A stretch of DNA of 27,135 nt from a virus (taxonomy: Duplodnaviria; Caudoviricetes): IMG/VR virus record IMGVR_UViG_3300012041_000058, positions 1 through 27,135 of that record. One strand, 5' to 3'. The notes beneath the pieces are model-generated. The model did not search any database. It was not told where the DNA came from and saw only the letters and a list, made by a program, of their open reading frames with translations. Numbering within the stretch: position 1 is the stretch's first letter; every line of letters starts with the position of its first letter. Below, piece by piece: positions 1-6,042 of this stretch. Both the position numbers and the translations under genes were made by a program.

Positions 1-7
1 CTCGTCA

Positions 8-199
8 TTAATACGTGGTCCCTTCCCATTCGACAGGCCAGTTTGGCATCTCTCGCAGCATCCAGGGAAACACCTCCTGCACGCTGTAGAAGATTTGCAT
101 GGCCCCATCACGTCGGATCAGCTCTCTGGTATCATGACGGCGTAAGGCAAACGCCAAGCCAGTATTTGCTGACCAATACCGAACAAGTTCAAGCCGCAT
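8..199 (-). CDS. hypothetical protein (63 aa)
   Basis: ORF with AAGGA upstream of ATG; TAATG stop/start overlap at the window edge. Confidence 0.6.
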   Translation of the reverse strand: MRLELVRYWSANTGLAFALRRHDTRELIRRDGAMQIFYSVQEVFPWMLREMPNWPVEWEGTTY

Positions 200-220
200 A
201 CAAACAATTCCTTTCTAAAC

Positions 221-354
221 TGGTGGGGGAGACTGCCTGACAACAGTGACCTCCCAGATAATTCCAAGATCAGAGGCATGGCTCCCTTGCGGGAAGTCTG
301 TATTCTCCGGACGCCTTGAAAGCTGGACGCTCTTAACATCTGAGCTACTCCCCC
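221..354 (-). ncRNA. tRNA-like RNA with 58-nt structured insertion in the anticodon loop (nominal anticodon UUC)
   Basis: Acceptor GGGGGAG/CUCCCCC plus ACCA; U8A9; D arm GCUC/GAGC; anticodon stem UCCAG/CUGGG enclosing 65 nt that begins CUUUCAA; variable AGGUC; T stem ACUGU/GCAGU with non-canonical loop. Confidence 0.7.
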
Positions 355-360
355 GTATCC

Positions 361-493
361 GACCTCAAGCTGAGCTACTTTCGTTGAAACATCGTGTCCT
401 CAGCTCAAGGCCAACCGATGTCATCGATGCAGAGGGTAGGGACCACCCGCTCGGGGATAGCTCTGTGGTGCAATCCACAGCGTTTAACCTACC
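361..493 (-). ncRNA. candidate structured RNA(s): three-way junction (435-493) and 14-bp hairpin (361-412)
   Basis: GGUAGG/CCUACC closes CUGUGG/CCACAG and GCUAUCC/GGGUGGU; GGCCUUGAGCUGAG pairs with CUCAGCUUGAGGUC. Confidence 0.45.
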
Positions 494-499
494 GGGCAT

Positions 500-540
500 T
501 GGTGGAGGCGGCGGGAATCAAACCCGCATTCAACGCCCCC
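500..540 (-). ncRNA. 41-nt tRNA-Ala/tmRNA-type minihelix (acceptor stem plus T arm only)
   Basis: GGGGGCG-UUGAAU-GCGGG-UUUGAUU-CCCGC-CGCCUCC-ACCA: 7-bp acceptor with G3.U70, A73, encoded CCA, 5-bp T stem with 7-nt loop. Confidence 0.8.
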
Positions 541-560
541 GAAATCGTCACTACTGGTGT

Positions 561-719
561 GCTATTACGCCAAAGGAATATACCATCCAGGACACTCGCC
601 AGTCGAAACCAGCTACTCGCGGTGACGCCTTGCCGCGTTGCATCCTACGATTCCACTCATTATAGGTAGGGCTGGTTAGTGTTCCAGCCTGGACGCTTCT
701 AATCCCACCTGCCAATAGC
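561..719 (-). ncRNA. candidate ~160-nt rod-like structured RNA
   Basis: Nested stems GCUAUU/AAUAGC, GGGAU/AUUCC, CGUCCAGG/CCUGGAUG, ACACU/AGUGU, AACCAGC/GCUGGUU, capped by CCUAC/GUAGG and CGCGG/CCGCG hairpins. Confidence 0.5.
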
Positions 720-731
720 GAACCTCAAAAT

Positions 732-801
732 TGATGCCGAATGACTGACTTGAACCACCATCTCTGCGTCGATAGCAGCGTCTTAATTAGACGATTCCGG
801 C
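732..801 (-). tRNA. degenerate tRNA-like element (nominal anticodon UCG, Arg)
   Basis: GCCGGA/UUCGGC acceptor, GUCU/AGAC D arm, CUGC-UAUCGAC-GCAG anticodon arm, GGUUCAAGUC T loop; weak T stem, A instead of U33, ends A-UCA. Confidence 0.45.
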
Positions 802-807
802 GTTGTT

Positions 808-1083
808 GCCCATCCTTTCTGTTGCCAGGCGATGGGCCTTCCCCGTCTAATCAATGATTAGGCAGCAATGGGCAGCGCGTAGCTGTCTTTTGCTTGTTGT
901 GCTGTTTATCGCCTGTCACCGGCTACCCGATCCTCGCACGTCAGTCCAACGCCCGTCGAACCTAAGTCACCCCCATCAGGGGAACACCAGGAACTGCGAA
1001 CCAGTTCCCCGATGTCCCCTTGGTGGAGGTGGCGGGATCTGCCCCCGCGTCCGAACGCCATTCCTTCATGGTCATCAGATCAA
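808..1083 (-). ncRNA. ssrA: circularly permuted (two-piece) tmRNA
   Basis: Acceptor piece ends GGAC-GCGGG-GGCAGAU-CCCGC-CACCUCC-ACCA at 1021; 46-nt hairpin intervening segment 1020-975; coding piece starts GGGGGUGA..GGUUCGACGGG at 974 (G3.U70); tag frame (AQQ)AKDSYALPIAA-stop at 902/893-858; CCUGGCAACAGAA hairpin near the 3' end. Confidence 0.92.
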
Positions 1084-1187
1084 GCTCAAAATCTTTGGTT
1101 AATCTCGCTTACCCCACCAAAAGGTCTTTACCACAGCGAGCCTTTGGCCAGTCATTATGATGCCGTGCGTCAGACTGGCAATTGAGC
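1084..1187 (-). ncRNA. unrecognised pseudoknotted RNA motif, copy A
   Basis: GCUCAA/UUGAGC closes GCCAGUC/GACUGGC and CUCGCU/AGCGAG; loop UUUGGU pairs with downstream ACCAAA; second copy at 4408-4508. Confidence 0.75.
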
Positions 1188-1201
1188 ACGAGCATATCTC
1201 A

Positions 1202-1786
1202 CTAAAACCTGAAATCCACCGGCAATGCGATCCTCAGAAAGGTCCTCTGCGTGTCAACCGGCATCACCATCGACTCATGGACACAATCCGGACTCAGCAA
1301 CCAGCCGTAGTTAGCCTCTAGGGCCTCACCAGCGCCGATTACAGCCCCGATATGAGACAGGTCGCCGTCTGGGCCAGGCTGACCATCGAAGTCGCCCCTA
1401 AAGGCCTTACAGCCAGCTACAGAGGCAGCTACAATCACCGGCATCCGTCGGTAGGGCTCCCCCGTTGAGACATTGTTGCAGCCATGAAGCCATCCTCCGC
1501 TACCACCGTGGCCCCAATCCATCTGATCTGGTCGGAAGCACCCATCAACATGAGGATCAGGCTTCCGGTGTGACATCCCAGCCTTCACCAGCTTCTCATC
1601 AACGGTCATATGGACCCGTCCCTTGTAAAGGCCAGCACCGCTCACCAGATCCAGCACGACCTCCATGTAATCCTCGAATCCAGACGGCATGGTGGGCCGC
1701 TCGACATCAAAGGAATGCATGTAAATCTGTCGGTTCTGGAACGGCAGTTCAACGTGACCTAAACGACGATAATCACTATGCAACAT
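1202..1786 (-). CDS. 2OG-Fe(II) dioxygenase-like (DSBH) protein
   Basis: HxD motif (PHVDG), distal His (CVHES) and C-terminal RTFLR, a pattern typical of phage 2OG-Fe(II) oxygenases. Confidence 0.65.
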   Translation of the reverse strand: MLHSDYRRLGHVELPFQNRQIYMHSFDVERPTMPSGFEDYMEVVLDLVSGAGLYKGRVHMTVDEKLVKAGMSHRKPDPHVDGCFRPDQMDWGHGGSGGWLHGCNNVSTGEPYRRMPVIVAASVAGCKAFRGDFDGQPGPDGDLSHIGAVIGAGEALEANYGWLLSPDCVHESMVMPVDTQRTFLRIALPVDFRF

Positions 1787-1971
1787 CAGTTACCCCTTCC
1801 GATACGTTTCTCAGCCAATACTTCCCACCAATACACCGGCTTCCATTTGTAAGGTATGGGACTATGGACAATCCGTTGTAGCTCTCGTAGCTCCTCATCG
1901 GTGGGTGGCTCGTACGGAAACTCGATGAACTCCGCTCGGACACCTTGCCCGCAACGTCTACATAGCATCAC
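1786..1971 (-). CDS. hypothetical protein
   Basis: Stop/start coupling with both neighbours. Confidence 0.6.
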   Translation of the reverse strand: MMLCRRCGQGVRAEFIEFPYEPPTDEELRELQRIVHSPIPYKWKPVYWWEVLAEKRIGRGN

Positions 1972-2162
1972 AATTCCAGGAGTCTTTCGAGACCTTCCTC
2001 CAACGCAACATCCTCAACATAGAAGATGTCTGCCGAGGAACCGCTGCCAATTTCTTTGGCATTGTCCACAAGCTGACCTAAACGGAAATCTGGATATTTC
2101 GTCCAGATTTGTTCCACTAAGGCCAACATCCTTGGAATACGATTTGGATCTCGCATCAGCAT
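1968..2162 (-). CDS. YihD/DUF1040-like small phage protein
   Basis: MRDPNRI...W.KYPDFRLGQL motif; AAGGAG RBS. Confidence 0.65.
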   Translation of the reverse strand: MLMRDPNRIPRMLALVEQIWTKYPDFRLGQLVDNAKEIGSGSSADIFYVEDVALEEGLERLLEL

Positions 2163-2247
2163 TCATCTCCTTTGGAAGTCTCCTGTGAGAGCAACGATGT
2201 AATCACCTACCGCGCTGCTCTCCCAGAAATCTCCTAGCCTAGCGTGG

Positions 2248-2754
2248 CTAATTGGTTGGTAATGTAAATGGTGATACAATAACCCTAGGTTCTGAGTAAA
2301 CTGCCCTAGTGGTCTTCGTTGTGGGGTCCAAACACATCACCCAGCTTCCTTCAGCACTGCTTGGCATAAACAGGCCATTTGGCTCAGCCTGCGGAGTCTG
2401 AAATATGTCATAACCAGCCGCTGGCCCATCCACCAGCTTGGATGGATTGGAGAATTGTGTGGCGTAGGGCAATGCGTAGCCCACCGATGTACAGAGCAAT
2501 GTCAGTTTCCCGGTCTGCTCGCTGAACACATAGCTGTAGGTCGTCAGCCCGTCCTGATCCCGTAACTCGTAAATGTCCTTCAATAGGCGCATCTCCCGAA
2601 AGTTCTTGACTGCCGGAATACCGACACTAGATGCCGCCTCCGCCGCAAGCTGCTCCGTTCTTTGTGTTTGTACTTGATCGCTTGACTTTGGACTCTGTAC
2701 ACATCCAATCCCAGCGAGCGCAAACACCACACACGAAATCACAAGGTTTTTCAT
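2248..2754 (-). CDS. putative lipoprotein
   Basis: Signal peptide with lipobox-like GIG-C; QAEPNGLF.PSSAEG.WVMC motif familiar from phage lipoproteins. Confidence 0.75.
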   Translation of the reverse strand: MKNLVISCVVFALAGIGCVQSPKSSDQVQTQRTEQLAAEAASSVGIPAVKNFREMRLLKDIYELRDQDGLTTYSYVFSEQTGKLTLLCTSVGYALPYATQFSNPSKLVDGPAAGYDIFQTPQAEPNGLFMPSSAEGSWVMCLDPTTKTTRAVYSEPRVIVSPFTLPTN

Positions 2755-3074
2755 TAGTTTCTCCGTAATTGTGAAACGAATACCCGCAGGTCGGTGGTTA
2801 GGGCATCCTCTGGCATGTCCGTAGCCCTTCTCAGAATAATGGAACGTAGTGCGGCCTTGTGCTCTGGCGTGGCTTGCTCATATTGGAACTGCATATTTTG
2901 CAGCTCCTGAACCAAACCCTGTCGATACGCCTTGGATTGCTCGAAGGTTTCTCTTCGGACAGCCTCAGTCTTAGGCGCGAACACCTTGTAAAGAAAGAAT
3001 TGATTCCCCGTCGCTAGCCATCCAATGGCAAGTACGAAAACGATGGCGCCAATTACGCTTGACACGATCTTCAT
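2754..3074 (-). CDS. membrane-anchored protein coupled to the lipoprotein gene
   Basis: N-terminal TM helix; TAATG overlap with 2248..2754. Confidence 0.75.
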   Translation of the reverse strand: MKIVSSVIGAIVFVLAIGWLATGNQFFLYKVFAPKTEAVRRETFEQSKAYRQGLVQELQNMQFQYEQATPEHKAALRSIILRRATDMPEDALTTDLRVFVSQLRRN

Positions 3075-3308
3075 CTACGCTCCTTTGGGAAGGATTCCCA
3101 CATATTCCAACAACTTCACCACGATGCCCAGCAAGCTCAACGTGACACACAACGTCCACACCGTAATCGTTACCAACCCTCCTATGAACAAAGCTGTGGA
3201 GCCATAATTCAGCATCCACCCTACACCATCGGATACCCATATCGTGAGTCCGAAGAAAATCGCTACAGCAACCAACAAGATCGCCACAGCGTTAATCCAG
3301 CGTGTCAT
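3075..3308 (-). CDS. small integral membrane protein
   Basis: Two hydrophobic segments; abuts the next gene. Confidence 0.65.
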   Translation of the reverse strand: MTRWINAVAILLVAVAIFFGLTIWVSDGVGWMLNYGSTALFIGGLVTITVWTLCVTLSLLGIVVKLLEYVGILPKGA

Positions 3309-3344
3309 AGAGCCCTTTCACTATGTTTTAACATTAATGTTAAG

Positions 3345-3752
3345 CACGGCTCAAAAAACAAACGCGCAACTAAAGAACAGTTGGCGTTTTGAAAAACAAA
3401 CGGCCTCCGCACAGCAGCCATTAGGGCGAGAATAGACGTCAAAGGTTGTCTATTTCCAACATCTCTGCTGGAACCCCCTAGCCCTCTCGGGCCACAATGG
3501 CTTTTCATCAACTTATCAACTTTACCCTTATTCGCTTCTGCATTATTTCAGCTTGTCAGCTTCTTAACGCTTAGCTTCTGAGGGTTCAATTTGCAATAAG
3601 CAATGTAGAGCATTTCTGCTCAGTCCTATGCGCTTCTCCCACTTCGCTATCGAAGGCCCGATGTTGTCGAATTGGTGGAACCTACATTAAAGGATCATCG
3701 CGTTATTGCAACGATCTGGGGCGTGTAGGCCCCTAGTCTAAGTTGCCCCGTG
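3345..3752 (-). ncRNA. candidate ~400-nt structured RNA with single-stranded AAG-repeat tract
   Basis: Gap with no convincing ORF; CACGG/CCGUG closes the ends; UUGCAAUAA/UUAUUGCAA, AAUGUAG/CUACAUU, AGCCAUU/AAUGGCU, two GAGA-tetraloop hairpins; 10 AAG units in 3501-3580. Confidence 0.65.
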
Positions 3753-3757
3753 ACACG

Positions 3758-4006
3758 TTATTCCAAGAGACCCAACAGCGCCTGCACATCGTTCGTATAC
3801 GATTTCGTAAACGCATCGAGCGCAGCCTTGGTAGCTGGTGACGGTTCCAAAACTACTCCGTTGTAGCCACCAATGGTTTGTTTCGCAAGAACCTTATCAG
3901 CGGAGCTGATCAAGGCATACTCCGCAGACTTGATCTTGTGCCCACCGTCAGGATGTGGCTCAATTTGAATATCGTTGACGCGGATGCCTCGAATGGTGAT
4001 CGCCAT
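3758..4006 (-). CDS. hypothetical protein
   Basis: 82-aa ORF, TGATG-coupled to the upstream gene. Confidence 0.7.
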   Translation of the reverse strand: MAITIRGIRVNDIQIEPHPDGGHKIKSAEYALISSADKVLAKQTIGGYNGVVLEPSPATKAALDAFTKSYTNDVQALLGLLE

Positions 4007-4215
4007 CAGTCACCAAGCACAATCGATGGGTCCAGTTGCACCACTTCGAGCTGTGCCAGTTCCTTCCGAAGTTCAGCGATGTTTTCTTGACTAGCAAGGA
4101 TGTTGGCCTGTTGTCGAACGATAGCCTCGATGATCGTCTCGGCGGTGCGGAGCGCATCCTGCTCCTTCCGTTCGTTCTTGTCAGCGATGATCTTACGAAG
4201 TTTGTCTGTTTCCAC
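4006..4215 (-). CDS. hypothetical coiled-coil protein
   Basis: GGAGG RBS before GTG. Confidence 0.7.
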   Translation of the reverse strand: METDKLRKIIADKNERKEQDALRTAETIIEAIVRQQANILASQENIAELRKELAQLEVVQLDPSIVLGD

Positions 4216-4407
4216 GTTAATCCTCCATCAATTATCGAACAACGCGCGGCCAGATTGCCCTAAGCTAAGCCCGCTTGACATCCCCCTCAGGGATGTGCGC
4301 TGCATTAACATACAGGAGCAACCCAGCAAGTCTCCCGGACATCAAGGTAAGCCAAGGTGTTGAAACATCGCAGCTCCCTCAAAGTCCCTGCGATATCGTC
4401 ACCGTTT

Positions 4408-4508
4408 TCAAATTGTGTGGTTTGATCGCCTTTCATCACCACAAGTTTTCTATTGCAGGCGAACTTCAGCTAGTCATTAATACGATGGCCCGTCAGACTA
4501 GCAATTGA
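4408..4508 (-). ncRNA. unrecognised pseudoknotted RNA motif, copy B
   Basis: UCAA/UUGA closes GCUAGUC/GACUAGC and UCGCCU/AGGCGA; loop UGUGGU pairs with ACCACA; compensatory changes relative to copy A. Confidence 0.75.
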
Positions 4509-4608
4509 GAGCCAAATCGATGCTGCCACTCGCTACCCACCCATTAGACATGAACAGGCGATTGCACGCCAGCACTATCTAACAGCCTAAGCCTTGTCCG
4601 CAGCAATG

Positions 4609-4740
4609 TTACTTCCGCTTGATCAACGGAATCCCCGCCAACTGTTCCTTTCGTCGCAGCAACGCAGCGAAGTCAGCTTCAGCTTGATCGAGATGCCCCA
4701 CAACGAACATCCCGGTCTCCTTGTCGGTTTGCTTCAGCAC
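4609..4740 (-). CDS. small hypothetical protein (43 aa, MLKQTDKETG...), not in the ORF track
   Basis: GAGG RBS plus GTG immediately after the stop of 4742..5281. Confidence 0.5.
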   Translation of the reverse strand: MLKQTDKETGMFVVGHLDQAEADFAALLRRKEQLAGIPLIKRK

Positions 4741-4741
4741 A

Positions 4742-5281
4742 TCAAACCTCAATCAACGTGACAGCATTTACCAATGAAAGTTTGCCATCCAAAGCACCCT
4801 CCACCGCTTCCAATCCCTCGATGTTCTCCGATAGGGCCTTCTCATCGATGTTCACCGTCAAATCGATGGCCTTCGCCTCAGCGCCTGGCATAGCAACGGT
4901 TCCACCACGCTGCTGGGTCTCACGCCTCGCACGATCCAAGCCCGATCGAATGTTGACGAGGAACTGCCGATTCTCGGGAGCCTGTTCCTTCCGCCATGTC
5001 AGCCACTCGGCAACCGACATCTCCGTATCGCCGATCTTGATCCGGGTGGTGTGATTGGCTTGCTGGATGGCCATCCGGATCGCCAAATGCCGATTCTGCA
5101 AGTCGCGGAGAGCCTGAGTCTCTTCCTTGATGAACTTCGCGGAGCCGCCCTGCTTCTCCAGCGGATCAACAAGCCCCATCGGTCTCGACAGATAACTCAG
5201 GATGGACGTGCGCTTCTTTTCGCAGCGCTTGACGATGGTCTTCAGCTCTGCGAGTCCTTCGGTGATGGTGAATTGTGCCAT
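4742..5281 (-). CDS. DIP1984/DUF6847-like alpha-helical protein
   Basis: Pattern TITEGLAELK...I..AIQQAN..T.I....MSVAE...LD.KLS..NA.T.IEV resembles the DIP1984-like family (recognised by eye). Confidence 0.6.
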   Translation of the reverse strand: MAQFTITEGLAELKTIVKRCEKKRTSILSYLSRPMGLVDPLEKQGGSAKFIKEETQALRDLQNRHLAIRMAIQQANHTTRIKIGDTEMSVAEWLTWRKEQAPENRQFLVNIRSGLDRARRETQQRGGTVAMPGAEAKAIDLTVNIDEKALSENIEGLEAVEGALDGKLSLVNAVTLIEV

Positions 5282-5374
5282 GATGCCTCTTGAAAAGTAA
5301 GGGTTAAGTGTTGGGGTCAGAACCGTAGTAGACTTTGATGGGCGGTTCTCGTTACCGTCTTCACGACCCCCTTG

Positions 5375-5812
5375 TTACGCTGTCACATCGCTGGCTTCAA
5401 CGATGCCCGCACGCTTCAAATCCCCGATGGATCGCTGCGATGTGCCACCGGGCAGGCTACGGGCCTTCCGAATCTCCGGCTCAGTCAGCCAACGATCTTC
5501 CTGTCGAGCCTTCACCAGATCCATATAGATCAGGCCGGTGATGGTGTGCTCTCCGAAGCCAGCGAGATTCTGCTTGACGGTCTCGGCGATAACGATGGGA
5601 TCGCCATCCGGCAGCAACGCACGATACTGCACACGAGCATTCGACTTGCCAGCGCGTGTCACACGAATCTTGTGCTCAGCGAAGTCCACTTCGACCGTAA
5701 ACAGCTCTGGTGAGTCGGGATTGCCTTTATGAGACATCAACTGCAGGCTGTCCAATTGCTTCAGCACCGCCATACCGATGTCCTTGTCGTCGGTGTCGAT
5801 TACGATATGCAT
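5375..5812 (-). CDS. hypothetical protein, possible C-terminal winged helix
   Basis: AAGGAG RBS; C-terminus T.QRSI..LKRAGIVE is wHTH-like. Confidence 0.6.
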   Translation of the reverse strand: MHIVIDTDDKDIGMAVLKQLDSLQLMSHKGNPDSPELFTVEVDFAEHKIRVTRAGKSNARVQYRALLPDGDPIVIAETVKQNLAGFGEHTITGLIYMDLVKARQEDRWLTEPEIRKARSLPGGTSQRSIGDLKRAGIVEASDVTA

Positions 5813-5927
5813 TGCTTACTCCTTCACTAACGTTGCCGAAAAACTGGACGCTGAGCCACCGGGAGTCCATCTCCGTAGGCCCAGCCGTCCTTGTGAGCGT
5901 GCCTAGTTCTGCATGCCTCACCTCCAC

Positions 5928-6019
5928 TGGAGACAGGATGCTGGAGTTTCGCCAGCTCATCGGATCAGACCGATGTAGTGAGAGCGACTCACTGAGTTTT
6001 ACCATTCCCTAATCCTGTC
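5928..6019 (-). ncRNA. non-canonical tRNA-like RNA, 8-bp acceptor / 5-bp T stem, long variable arm
   Basis: GACAGGAU/AUCCUGUC plus UCCA; D arm GGG-AAUGGUAAAA-CUC; AGUGAG-UCGCU-CUCACU; variable arm CAUCGG/CCGAUG; T arm GCUGG-CGAAACU-CCAGC. Confidence 0.72.
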
Positions 6020-6042
6020 AAAACCGCGCTGATCGACCCCGA

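Noticed and set aside
1-30. GTCATTAATACG matches motif copy B (possible third copy)
   Set aside because: It coincides with a stop/start overlap, and the CAGAC partner strand and stem are absent.
383-394. 12-mer GTTGAAACATCG repeated at 4359-4370
   Set aside because: A single 12-mer repeat is expected by chance in 27 kb, and the structural contexts differ.
361-412. Hammerhead ribozyme suggested by CUGAGGA...GAAA
   Set aside because: Stems II and III cannot form convincingly, and CUGAG is better placed in a 14-bp stem.
500-527. tRNA/tmRNA 3' end read as an attP core
   Set aside because: The element also has the complementary 5' acceptor strand only 6 nt before the T arm, and no integrase is in the window. 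Not fully excluded without the host sequence.
246-1102. Plus-strand ORFs 246..665, 394..669 and 854..1102
   Set aside because: They are antisense shadows of the ncRNA array; their poly-Gly runs come from the reverse complement of acceptor stems.
3501-3580. CRISPR array or microsatellite
   Set aside because: Units are only 3-5 nt, irregularly spaced, with no repeat-spacer periodicity. No CRISPR array is seen in the window.
5727-6005. 92-aa minus-strand ORF
   Set aside because: It starts inside the tRNA-like cloverleaf and overlaps the better supported 5375..5812 gene.
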